64,000 nucleotides of DNA, from positions 80,498,384-80,562,383 of the forward strand of contig NC_068986.1 in the NCBI RefSeq assembly GCF_001194135.2, read 5' to 3'. The DNA comes from Octopus bimaculoides (lineage: Eukaryota). Below the pieces are notes generated by a model. The model worked only from the letters and a program-made list of their open reading frames with translations. It was not told the origin of the DNA and did no database searches. The translations under genes were made by a program, and so were the position numbers. Positions 26,601 through 40,611 of this stretch are shown here, one piece after another. Within the stretch, counting starts at the first letter, position 1. Each line of letters opens with the position of its first letter.

Positions 26601-29600
26601 ATAAAGAATTACAAATAAGAACATGATAAATACAAGCATAGTTCATGGTTATGTAGGAAATATGTATATGTATTTATATGCGTGTATATATGTATATGTG
26701 TGTGTGTGTATGCATGTCATTATTCAGTTTTATTTCAAGATTTCTTGCCAATAGAGAAAGAACCGGTTTCTAACCTAGATCCAAGGTTCCGTCATTGGAA
26801 TTTCAACAACATCAACATGCATATAGTTGCATATCTAGACATGCTCATATATACTTAAATGATAAACTTCTGGGAAGTTTTACAGACTTTAACAGTTCCA
26901 ATGATAGTCTAAATCTGTAGTCTTCGAATCAGCTTTCTCCTTTCTGGTTTTGAGAAACCAAGTTTCTCAAGATTAGTATTTAGGCAGTGTGGTACATATT
27001 CCAGTGCTCCAATAATTACAGGTATAAACTTGAACTTGTAATCTGGATTGAGTAACTGCAAATTTTTCAATAGTTCACTGTAAGTGTTCTTTTTTCACTG
27101 ATCTTCAGCTTTATGTTAACATCTGCTGGGCAGCTGATTTCCACAACTGTATACATTTTCTTTTCTCTATCCCAAATCATTATATCAGGTCTATTGCGTT
27201 TATATTTTATTGAGGTTTTCACTGGGACATTCCACCAGTATTCCTTTTTATCATGAGTGGCTATGGCTTCTACCATATTGTGGGTTCTTATTTCTTTGTC
27301 CTCAGGGGTGGGCAGGTGGGTAGGTAGGTAGGTAGATATGTATGTATGTATGGGTGGATGCATGCATGCATGGAAAGATATATACAGATATGTATAAAGG
27401 AATGATGAGAATAGGGTCAGAATAGGTGCAGTATCTTTCCCAACTGCAACCAAAATATGCTTGTGTGTGTGTTACCATCACCATCATCATTTTATGTTTG
27501 CTTTTCATACTAGCGCAAATTGGGCAGGAGATCAGTTCTTGTAAGCTGGACAGCAACCTCACTAGTGCTGTAAAGTGGTTGGTATCCAATCAAAGGAACC
27601 ATAACAAAAAAAACAGTGGAGCATGATGCAGTTACTAGTTAAATCATCCAATCTATGCTAGAATGGAACATGGATGTGAAATGGTGATAATAATGATGAT
27701 TATGATGATGATGATGATGATACAAATATATAGATATATGATGATATATATATGTGTGTGTGTGAGGGTGTATGGCCTAGTGGTTAGGGTGTTACACTCA
27801 CGATCGCGAGATCATGGTTTCAATTCCCAGACTGGGTGGTGTGTCGTGTTCTTGAGCGAAACACTTCATCTCATGTTGCTCTGCATTCACTTCGACACCC
27901 GACTCGTAGTACACAGAACACCTGTTCAGACAATGTCGATTTGATGGAGAGTGTAAGCTAATGTGTGACAGAAACATTTGATCACTATAAACAAATCATT
28001 TGTGCAGATCATTCAGCAGTAGCTGAATGCACATACATCATCTTTGACAGGCGAGTCCATCATACACACAATTACATATGTAGACTATATAACAGTATAA
28101 CTATCCAGTGTCAAGTACATTAAGTAGTTTGGTGCATTTCAGGGAAGGACAGAGTACATAAGTTGTGTGAGGTACATACCAGTATAATGTTGCAGTATCA
28201 GAACCTCTGCGAAGCTCAACCAGCAGCTGTTTGTTATAAACATTGAACACCCGTATCAGTGTACCCTGAAAAAAATACACAAATTAATGTTTCTTTGATT
28301 ACATAAATTCTACAAAACTGATGCCACTTCAATTCCATCCTTTTAGTTAAAAGTATTGATTCTATACAATGAAAGAATGGTTTTGTGGTTACACAAACTA
28401 CTGGAAATAATAGTTAAATCTCATCTCAAATTCCTCTCATCAGTTTTAAAACTGAAAGGACATAGTAGATAATGTAGCCTTAGATACACTATGGCTGTAA
28501 AAGATAAGGATCATAGCTGGAACATTTTTTATGATAAATCTCCTGGTTCAGGGCTGGCCCGAAGCTGAAGCAGCAACAATTTCATGCACTTGGTCCAAAG
28601 ATACTGCTTATTCTCTTTGGCTAAACAACAACAATAGATATCAGTCCTCAGAGTGGTGACCATCACCACTGAAATATAAAATTAGGCCACCTAAATGTAC
28701 CAGAGTGTTGAAATATGCTGGAACAGAATGGGTATCAAAAGAAATTCAATATACATTGATTGGGACAACCAGCCAATCACTGCATGATAGAATGGATATC
28801 AAGAAGATGTAATAACAAATAAATATGGACTCTCTTGTTGATTTAAAAATGTTATAGTTGTTTGATCAACAGAACTCAAAGTTATGGGAGAAGACACCTG
28901 CCCAAACTGCAGCATAAAGAGATGGAACTAAGAACCTGATGTATATTCTGCTTGGTGAACAATACACCAAGATACTTGAAGTGACAAACCAGTGGTGATT
29001 AGTCAACAACCTGTGTGTCACATATTTCCTGAGATAGAGCTGGTGCCAGTGCTACATGACCGCTATATAACAAGTACTGATTCACTCAAAGCAGACTAAC
29101 AGCTTCTTGGTCAGTTAAAGTTTGTTTAATTAAACTCTGGCACTTTGTCTATTCATTTTAAGTTTTAATGCCACAAGGTATCCAGCAAGATTAAAACTAT
29201 TCCTGATGGTAAAACCTTCTGGCAGCACTTCTTTACATTTTTACTGATTCAAGATCTTGGTCTTTGAAAAGCTTGAAATTCTGTGTCACTTATTAATTTA
29301 CAAAAATCAAAAATATTGTCAAGAACAAATACTGGTATTTTGGTGTATCAAAAAAAAAAAAAAAAAAAAATCATAACTATATCATATTTACCTTGCGTGA
29401 GGCTGTGGCCAAAATAGAGCCACTCTGGTTCAAAGCCAAAGAAGCCAGCTCATTCTGGTGAGCACTGATCATCACCGGACATACTGACTGCCCTGGCTGA
29501 ACTTTCTCCAAGTCCTGAGGAAAGACAGAAACAAAAAAAACAATTGATGAATGACTGGAAATCTCAAACATTAAGTGCTAACCACCACCCCTTCTTTCTC

Positions 29601-32600
29601 TTTACAAAAAATACCAAGTCCTCTACACAAATGTCTTGGTGTTCTGAAAGTTTACAAACACTTTCATATTTTACCAACAATATGACACTCTGTTTTGGAA
29701 ATTTATGTATTTTCATAGCATCACAATAACCTTGACACTAAGATGTTGGACGATTGGCTATGTGGTTGTAAGTTCAAATGTTACAACAGCTTTTAAGTTT
29801 GTGCCAGGGCTAGTTCACAACTAAGTATTTACTGTGAGGGAGGATAAGCAGCTGTTGGAACAACTGCTCCAATAAAACAACTTCCACTGATGGTGGTATG
29901 TTGAAATAAAAGTCAAGCAGTACAAACATAAAGCAAAAGAGGTGAATACATAAAATATAAGCAATTTATATCTACCAAAACACAGAAAGAATTTTGTTAG
30001 CATTCAGCACCACATTTAATTCATTGAACTGCTTAGATAACTTGTTAGAAGTAGAAAAGTTTTGGTGGAAAGGTGGCACAATTAGTGCTGAGATAAGATT
30101 GCAGTGAAAGTAAAAGCGAGAAGGAAGTGGTGGGAGCTGTTCAGTTGACAGCAATGGATTTTTTTGTCTCTGCAAAAAGCAGACTATATGATGCATGTAA
30201 GAGAAGAGGATGCTACATTTGTAATGAGTATGGTAAGAGCTGTGGAGACTGGGGAAGAAATAAACTGAACATAGTTTACTAGATGTATAATATTGGTTTC
30301 AAATTTAAGCATAAGCCCAGCAAGTTCAGGGGATGTGGGTAAGTTGATTACATTGTCCCCAGTGGTCAACTGGTACTTATTTTATCAACTCTGAAAGAAT
30401 GAAAGGCAAAGTTGACCTCAGTGGAATTTGAATGCAGAACGTAAAGACAGATGAAATGCCACAAGGCATTTTGCTTGATGCACTAATGATTCTGCTAACT
30501 TGCCACCTTTACTAAATGTGTAATAGTGATGGCACGTAAAAAGCACCCACTACACTCTCTGAGTGGTTGGGGTTAGGAAGAGCATCCAGCAGTAGAAACT
30601 CTGCCAAATCAGATTGGAGCCTGGTGTAGCCATCTGGTTTCACCAGTCCTCAGTCAAATCGTCCAACCCATGCTAGCATGGAAAGCGGACGTTAAACGAC
30701 GATGGTGATGATGATGAAGTCTAAATGAGGTTAGAGAAGGTTTACATAATGACATAAATCAATGTATATTGGAATCACAACCACACTGGTATCAATATGT
30801 AATGTAAATAGTCATTGGGCTCTAGGTGCAAAAGTACTATGGAGAAAAAAGTATTGAGTTCAACTCTTGAGACGTTGAGCTTTACTGTTAAAATGACATG
30901 AGGTCAAAAAAAGTGGTGACATATTGAACTGCAGACTCATCAAATTCATGACATCATTACAATGAAGACTTTATCAGTTCTCTAGACTAGTAATATTATA
31001 AACTAGAACTGAATAACACAAGTAAAATAATACTGACCACTACTTCAACACTTCCACATTTGTGACCAGGAAACACAACCACTTCTCGAAGTGTACTTAT
31101 TTCACATAAGCCTGTACAAAGAAAAAGAGAAAAGATTAATTTATTATAAACATCCAAAGGTTTACTTATTAAAATCAAAATTTATCTCAATCCATTTCAA
31201 AATTTTTCTTTGCCTAGATATAAGATCTTTTATTATGACAGTAAAGAAGTACAGAGTATATTGCACCAATAATATAATGTTACTGGTAGTGATTTTTAAG
31301 AGTGTAACAAAGCAAACAGAAGGATTTCATAATCTTTCATGATGTATTTAGGACTAACAATTTTAATCAGGAAGATATCTTCTTCCTGAATATAATGATC
31401 ATAGACATCACTTTTAGTATTCATGTGTTGAAAATTCCAGTGAAATGAAGGTATTTGTCTCCATGTATTTGAAATGGAAGGGAATGAAACTCCAGTGTAT
31501 AACTTTCTCTATCAATTTTGGAGGAATGAAAGAAAAACTCAACAACAGTAACATTTGAACCTTTAAACTAGAAAGTGCAACGTTACCTACGATAACTTGT
31601 CTGCTAAAAGCAAATAATGTTCTTAATTAGACATCTGGTTAATTAGACCTTAAACATTTGTATATAGGGGAGAGTGAATGGAGATTTACAGTTTCTAGAA
31701 AGAAGACCTACAAGAGAAATTGTAGTAATCCTGACTATAACAATACATAGCAGACTGTTAAATAGTTTCGTTTTTGGATTTTGTTTGCAAGATTCTTTAT
31801 GTGAGTTCGTGTGTTGAAGCACATTCTGTTGTGTCTGGGGAGAGTCCTACATGAGTGAGCTATTAAGTTACACAGTGATAGTGATGGTACTGTAGTATCC
31901 AATACTCTGTTTTACAGCTTGATAAAATCCCTGTCTTCACACAAATAGGGGTTGGATAACTCTACAAATCCATATGTTTTAGAGAACAGTTGTAATGGAT
32001 GTATCAAAGTTGAATTACATTTCTAAATATAAATTAGTCAGTTGTCAAGTAGGAAACTAAAATTGATTTGAGTTGTGTAATGTGCCTAACAGTTTAACAA
32101 AATGCTGGTTGTATAGTAACTGAAGTACTTAACCATTGATCTATCACATCAATATAGAAGTGTGATCTATCAATGGGTAACATGTAAGAGGTGATAAACG
32201 AATATGTTACCTTTGAAGTTATCTCGTGTTCGGAATGAGTACAAATGTGTGGAGTTATTGGGGAAAGAAAACACATGGATTTCATTTCGCAGCACACAGA
32301 ACAGTCTGAAAAAAATAGAAAAAGTAATACTGATGGTGATGATAGTCCATGTTTTGTACAGAAGTAGTCATAATTGAATGGACTCCAGTACGGCACTGGT
32401 ATGTATTGCCTCTCCAATGGGATGAAAGACATAATCAGTCAGGTTTCCAAGGGAACAGCATTTTCAATGTAATGGAATGTAAATTGCTTTACTAAGACTG
32501 AGTCATCATAGCCAAGTTCTCCTCAGAAGTTTCAAATCTCAAGAGGAACCAAAGAAATTCTGCCAATTAAACATGAACTGCAGCACGGAAAGTCTTTTGG

Positions 32601-35600
32601 GGTCAACCACATAGCAACAACAAAGTCAGTTCTGGTCGGATTTGATCCAACAGGCTAATGACTATGGGTCAACTAGTTAACTAGAGTGGGGTGGTTGAGT
32701 GTGACTTAAAGATATTGATAAATGCAGTGGACTGACTATATGTTCTCACTAACAAAACTCCACAACTCTGTTTTAATCCCTTGCTGGAGGAATTTCATTT
32801 CACTGCTATTGTATCTGAGAAAGGCATGAATGTCACAACTCTTGATCTTCCCTTTCTTTGAACACATTAAGTGTTAATTTTCAATGGTCAAGTAAACGAC
32901 CCCCCCATCACCACAATTCTGTAAAAGTGCCTGTGCAGCATCATGTAAAAGCACCCAGCACATTTTGTAAAGTGGTTGGCATTAGGAAGTGCATCCAGCT
33001 GTAGAAACTATACCAAATCAGACTGGAGATACAAAGACACTTGGGTTTGTTTTGACACTCATTACAAAGTTTGGCTTCACTTCATTTTATTTACAATGTT
33101 AATGCATTTAGGCAAGGTATGAATATCACAAATTCCTTATTTCCTCACGGTGGTGCACCAGCATGACCGCAGCCACTTGGCTGAAACACATAAATAAATA
33201 AATAAATACAAATACAGAATTATTGTGTTCAGTCAAACAATCACAAACTGGAAATGGCCTGTCATGATGAGGAGAGAAGTTATAACATATTGTGATTGTT
33301 GTTGTTTAGCCCAAGGTCAGCCTTAATCCAGCTGACCAGTGGCCAAAACTGTCCCACTTATGACCATCTCATCTTATTTTGAGACATGTACATCAACGAT
33401 TACATTATTCAATATATCCTGTCTTTGTTAAGATTGAAGGGTGTGATTCAAGGAAGATATGACTGCTATTTCTAGTAGACAAATGAATACACAAAGGCTT
33501 CTATTTCTTAGCCCTGGAAACTCCCGATTCTTGATCCATAACCACCTAGTCAGTCAATACATTCCAGTCACAGTAAAAAAATTCTAACATTTTAGGCAGG
33601 AATCTTATGACGAAGGCATATGAATGTAGTGGTAGTTGCTGAAAAGGTAAGTCACTGTGGTGATATGGACATGTGATGGTATGGACATATGAGGATAGTG
33701 AATGACAACTACAGTAGAGGTAGGTGGTGATGGTAATGGATGGCAGCTACAGGAGAAGTGATGGTGGTGATATGGATGTATAGTGGATAGTGAATGGTAT
33801 TTAGAGTGGAGTTAGGTGACCGTAATGGTAGTACATGATAGCTACAGTAGAGGTAGGTGACTTGCAATGATGTTTTTATGTTGGGATTTATGAGTGATTA
33901 GCTAAAGAAGCTCACTTCACAACTACATAGGGTAAAAGACCTCCTTCAGTCATGAATGACCATGAGATGCACCTAGAAAGTTCCCCTCTGAGGCACAGGT
34001 CCGGGCAAGGTTGTTTATGGAAGACCAGCAGTCATCCATGCATATCAGCCTCCCCTCTCCATGCCATCGATGTTTTCCAAGGGAAAAGCAAAGGCCAATA
34101 CAGCTTGGTACCAGTGATGTTGCAACTCATTTCTGCAGCTGAGTGAGCTGGAGCAACATGAAATAAAGTGTCTTGCTCAAGAACACAACACGCAGCCCAG
34201 CCTGGGAATCAAACTCACTACCACATGATTGTGAGCCCAACGCTCTAACCACTGACCCATGCACCTTCCAACTACATAACACCAGTTTTAATTCTACTCC
34301 TTGGACAAGTGACTTCTGCCACAGACTTGGGTTGACTAAAGCCTAGTGAGTGAAGTTTGTTAAATGGAAGCTATATGAAAGTTCATTGGGGCCATATCCA
34401 AACTCCCTCTCTCAGCTGAAAGGTCTTTACCTTGCAAGTGCTGGTGCAATGTAAAATGCACTCATGTTGGTGCCACTTAAAAGCACATGTGCTGGTAGCA
34501 CGCTCTGTAAAGTGGGTAGCATTAGGGAGGGCACTCAACTGTAGAAACCGTGTCAAAACAGATAATTGGAGCCTCAGCAGTTCTCCAACTGGCCAGCTCC
34601 TATCAAACTGTCCAACCCATACCCAAATAGAAAATGGACATTAAACAATGATGATGATGATGAGTGGCAGACTAAGTCTATCTTCTAGTTTAATACAACT
34701 ACTTGACTGTTCAGTGTATTTAATGAAATCCACCATGTTGCAATTATTCAGGCCAGGTCCCCAATTTGAAAATAACTTCTCTTCTTTCACTTGTCTTGAA
34801 GACCCTAAAAAGGGTTATGAGTGTTGTCCTGATCCCTACTGACTAAGTCATGCAAAAAGGAAAAAGTTTAGGAGAGAGAGATAAAAACCTCAATATCATC
34901 AAATGTTAGAAGAATGAGAAGAAAGTAAAAGGCCTCACTTGTTTCTCTTCATGCGTATATTCATGACAGGTTGTGAGAAAATATATTCAAGGGCAAACTT
35001 CCTTTCCGACTTTTGACTCTCATCCCGGATCAACACTGAAGAAAAGTGAAACAGAAGACAAAGGATAAACTTACAAAAAATACTTACAGTAAACATACGT
35101 CTTGTGTAACAGAGGAACTGAGATCAATCCCTGCCAATAGTATCTCTCAACGACATATTGTGAGCAGGGTTTGATTTTGATTAGATTTTGGTAATAATTT
35201 CATATTTGTTTTGGTCTTTGTATAAACTAATGTGGGTTGGATAGGTCAGTAAATTTATACAATTGATGAAAGTGACACCTTATCACAAAAAAAACAAAAA
35301 AAAACAACTAAACATTGACCATGCAGATCAACAGGTTTTGCAGAGGTGTAAACAAGATGAAGGCAACAGATATCTAGAGTGAGAACACAGCCAGATATTT
35401 GACAGGCAGTCTATGTGTGTTGTAAGTCAGTTCATGTAGAGCACGCTGAGGTTACAACAACAACAAACAATACAGCAATAAATTTACCACACACACACAT
35501 ATGGTGGACTCTTCTGTCATAAATGATAGACAAGGGTTCTGCAAATTCTTGTTGAACAACTTATACAGATGATTTATTCATAGTGCTCAAATGTTTGTGC

Positions 35601-38600
35601 TGCACATCAGCTCACTCTCTCCATCAAATCTACATTGCCTGTACAGATGCATGACATGTCACACATCAAATTGCAGAGTAACATGAAATGAAATGTTTTT
35701 CTCAAGAACACAACATAAAATTCTTCATTTCTTGCTCATAGGCGTAGGTGTGGTAAGAAGCTTGCTTTCCAACCACATGGTTCCAGGTTCAGTCCTACTA
35801 TGTGACACCGTGGGCAAGTGTCTTCTGCTATAGACTCAGGCTGACCAAAGCCTTGTGAGTGGATGCGGTAGACAGAAACTGAAAGAAGCCTGTCATATAT
35901 ATAATGTGTATGTTTGTGTGTCTGCGTTAGTTCCCCACCATCACTTGACAACCGATGTTGGTGTGTTTACGTCCCCATAACTTAGCAATTCGACAAAAGA
36001 GAACGATAGAATAAGTACTAGGTTTAGAAAGAATAAGTCCTGGGGTTGATTAGTTTGCCTAAAAGCAGTGCTCCAGCATGACCACAGTCAAATGACTGAA
36101 ACAAGTAAAAGAATAAAAGAATACAAACACACATACAGGCATACAAACAGAACTTCTAAGAAAGCATTTATTACCAGTATTGTCAGCAAACTTTGGACAA
36201 CTTCCACCTCCCACAATTCCAATAAGGTTGGTACGGAACAACATTTCAGCATGAGAAATGCTACCAATATTTTCTTTTCCTGAAATACAAAAGAAATTTG
36301 ACAAAGTATTAGAAATATTGGACCATCATTATTATTATTACTGAGTGAGAGAGCAGTGAATGCCATCAAAGTGACACTGGGGTACAAATATACAAAGCCC
36401 AATATACTCATCATGCGTACCTGATAAGGGTACACCAGGCACATGCATCACAACCATGTGTGTGCAACATGGTGATTTCATATCAAGACAAACAGTGCAT
36501 GACCTTGCAGGTGGGGCCCAGTTAGAATTTTCTTGAGGCCCATTCTGCATGATGAACAAATCACACTTTTTTCCAGAGATGAATTATTCTAACCCCAAAG
36601 AATTCCTCTCAACACATGGCTATGATGCTCCCCAACTACTGCTTATGATCAGAGATGCACATATCACCAGCCACTAAGGAACATGTTCAACTGGTTAAGG
36701 CCAAGCAACTGACAAGTAAATCTGTGGTATTGAGCAGAATATTTGCTGTAGTCTATCTTTTATACCAAGACTGAACATGTACATGATAACACTTCCAATC
36801 AGTTAAGATCAAAAGCCATGAAAGTCACTGCCTGGTAAATATTATTATTATTATTACTAAGAATGGTGCTCAGTAAAACCATCAGGGTGCTAGACAAAAT
36901 ATCTTACTCCATTTGTTCTAAGTTCAAATACTATCAAGGTCAATTTTGCCATTCATCCTTTCGGGGATCAATAAAATAAGAATCAGGCAAGCACTGGAGT
37001 TTATGTCACCAACATATCCAGTCTCCCTAACATTTTTGGCCTTGTGCCAACATTTGAAACCATTATCATCATCACCATCATCATTAGCAAAAGTGGTGAA
37101 CTGACAAAACTCTACATTATGATTTCAAATCCTGCAATGATCAGCTTTACTTTCATCCGTCGAGAGTCAGTAAAATAAAGTACCAGACTGGGAACAATAG
37201 AATCAACAAAGCTCCTTGCTCCAAATCTGAGGCCTTGACGCTCATGCTATTATTATAATGCCCTTGTTAGAAACAATCATTATTAGTTTTGGTTACCAAA
37301 TCCACTCACAAGACTTTGGTTGACATGGGGCTATAGTAGAAGATCCTTGCTCAAGGTGCTATACAGTGGGACTGAACCCAGAACCATGTGGTTGGGAAGC
37401 AAGCTTCTTCCTACACAGCCATACCTGTACTTTGCATGTGCATACATATCCATGTCTGTAAGTTCACATGTATCCTTGTTCATGTGTGCAAGTGTTTCTA
37501 AGATTATGTATACACATGTATCTGTGTTTGTGAGTACACACGAATCTATGTTCACATGTATATATGTATCTGCATGCATGTGTATGTCTTGTATTTTGTG
37601 TACACATGTATCTATAATTGATAAATAGTCTACCTGATTTTGGCCTCTAACACCTACTCAACAATCATATCATTGAAATCTTGAAGCTAGAAGATAATGG
37701 CTAATTAATTCAAAACAGTGTGAATAAATAACCATTACATCCCACAGAGTAATCTGAATGCGAATGAGATAATAGAAAAAGAGAGACTAACACTTAAAGA
37801 GGTGGGGAGTATGATAGTTAATTGAAGCCAATAGAATGAAGCAACTTTGCTACTTACCGACATTTAACTTTTCTGTGAGTGGTTCTATGTTGAAGAGACG
37901 TAAGCCAGTATCTGAAGCACAGCTGAAACATCCTGGAATAATGGTAAAATAGATGGAAGTAAATAAACTGGGTAAGACTAACAATCAAGTCATTGTAAGA
38001 GTTCTAGAAAAATGACAAGAAGAAAATACCCAGAGATGTGAGCAGTTTGAAAACTTAGTCACAAAGCAGATGATAACATACTTCATGTAACAGGCTAAGA
38101 AATTTTAATTAATTGAAACCTTACCCATAGTCATTCATGTATGTTATCAAATAACCCAATATTTTACAGTTCAGTCCAAGATTTTAGTTATGATAAAACT
38201 GTGCCAATCTGATGAGTTTTAATAAATCTGAAACATGCATGGGATTGTAATTTGACTACTAAGGACAGATATACTATGTTCCATATTCAATTAACTTTAA
38301 TTAAAATTTCAGGGTTGCCCTTCTGCCAAGAGTTAATCATTTAGATAATTACTGTGAACAAAGTACCCCACCTACAGTTCACATTGTAAAGCGGTTGGCT
38401 AATGAACAACAGAAAGTGTAGGATTGTGTGATCCCTCTGGTTCTATCTCACAGAGGACTATTTATTCTTTCTAGCATTATCGTCTTGTAAAAATGCACCC
38501 TGTAAAGTGGTTGGCAATAGGAAGGGCATCCAACCACAAAAACCAAGCCAAATGACATGCATGAGTAGCAGTAGGAGCTGTGGTTCCCAATGAGAAGTAA

Positions 38601-40570
38601 CTCAACTGTAACGATCCGTCCAATCTATTCTAACACAGAAAGTTGAATAAAATGATAATAATGATGATGATTTACACTCATCATTGAAGGTATAATTTTA
38701 ATTAAGTAAAACATCTTGGGCTACTTCATTAAGTACACTGGCATCTATTTAACAATCAACATTCACTGAAGTATTTGTTACTGCCAAGTCCAGCTGAATA
38801 GCATAAGTAGTGATGTTTAATTGGTAGACTGAACTACAGAGATGTGGTGGAAAGGGTGACTTGATGTAACCTTTTAGCATTTAAACTGGCCATATCTGGC
38901 CCAAATATTTTGCTTGTTTTTATATTCAGACTGGCCAGATATGGCCTCACATATCTACCCTACAAAGTTCTTCTGTAGAAACCAAGCCAAAACAGACTAT
39001 GGAACTTGGTGTGGGGCCTGGCCTTGCCAGCTCCTGTCAAACTGTCCAACCCATGCCAGCATGGAAAACAGACATATATGATGATGGTGATGACATGATT
39101 GAAATTGCAAAGCTATGTGTTAATGCATGATTAATTCAAAACAATGTGACTAAATAAATATTACATTTAAAAAAGTAATCTGAATGCTAAAGGGTTAAAC
39201 AACTATGACATTGGTACAGAACAGAAAACTTTCATTAGCATATAATAGGAAACTGTGATACAGTGTGATTAGAGCAAATGAGTCAAGTAGAATTAAGTGT
39301 TCTGCCTGAGCCTGCATCATGATTGAACTTATAACCTCATAACCTTTGACTCATTGCTAAAGGTTACAAATGGATTAGAACTACTCTTGTAGTTTTAATC
39401 CACTTGAACATTTAAATTATTTCAGAACAACAAAAGTCAATTTTACTTAAATTAATGATGACATTATATTTTAAAATAGCAGGTCAGCTATTTTGGGATA
39501 GTTTATAGTTAGTATACCCAAAGTATACTTAATTATAAGGTTAACATATATATATTTCTGAACTTGGAGATAAAGTCTACTGGCAGTGATTCTACTCAGC
39601 AGAAAATAGAACCATGTTTAACCCATTAACTGCCAAATTTCTTTTATTCATATTTTTTGGCTTTACCAGGAGTCTTAGAAGTTGAAATAATATATAGTAT
39701 TTAAATTTTCTTCATTGTGTGAATTATTTTGGAAATTATGATAAATTTTTTGAAAAGCCCCAAATGGGGATCACTGAAAAAAAGGAATATTTATCCTTAT
39801 CTATTCAATTGCAATAATAAACATGTTAGTTTTTTTGAAACTAGAGTATCAAATGCAAATGTGTATGAAATATCAAGGAATGATATAAATGGGAAATGCA
39901 AAAAAAAAAAAAAAANNNNNNNNNNNNNNNNNNNNNNNNNNNNNNNNNNNNNNNNNNNNNNNNNNNNNNNNNNNNNNNNNNNNNNNNNNNNNNNNNNNNN
40001 NNNNNNNNNNNNNNNNNNNNNNNNNNNNNNNNNNNNNNNNNNNNNNNNNNNNNNNNNNNNNNNNNNNNNNNNNNNNNNNNNNNNNNNNNNNNNNNNNNNN
40101 NNNNNNNNNNNNNNNNNNNNNNNNNNNNNNNNNNNNNNNNNNNNNNNNNNNNNNNNNNNNNNNNNNNNNNNNNNNNNNNNNNNNNNNNNNNNNNNNNNNN
40201 NNNNNNNNNNNNNNNNNNNNNNNNNNNNNNNNNNNNNNNNNNNNNNNNNNNNNNNNNNNNNNNNNNNNNNNNNNNNNNNNNNNNNNNNNNNNNNNNNNNN
40301 NNNNNNNNNNNNNNNNNNNNNNNNNNNNNNNNNNNNNNNNNNNNNNNNNNNNNNNNNNNNNNNNNNNNNNNNNNNNNNNNNNNNNNNNNNNNNNNNNNNN
40401 NNNNNNNNNNNNNNNNNNNNNNNNNNNNNNNNNNNNNNNNNNNNNNNNNNNNNNNNNNNNNNNNNNNNNNNNNNNNNNNNNNNNNNNNNNNNNNNNNNNN
40501 NNNNNNNNNNNNNNNNNNNNNNNNNNNNNNNNNNNNNNNNNNNNNNNNNNNNNNNNNNNNNNNNNNNNNN

Positions 40571-40611
<41 letters not shown>

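Noticed and set aside
35088-35117. Possible in-frame 30-nt cassette exon before WDR45 exon 4
   Set aside because: No polypyrimidine tract, it would need a 52-nt intron, and the protein aligns without it.
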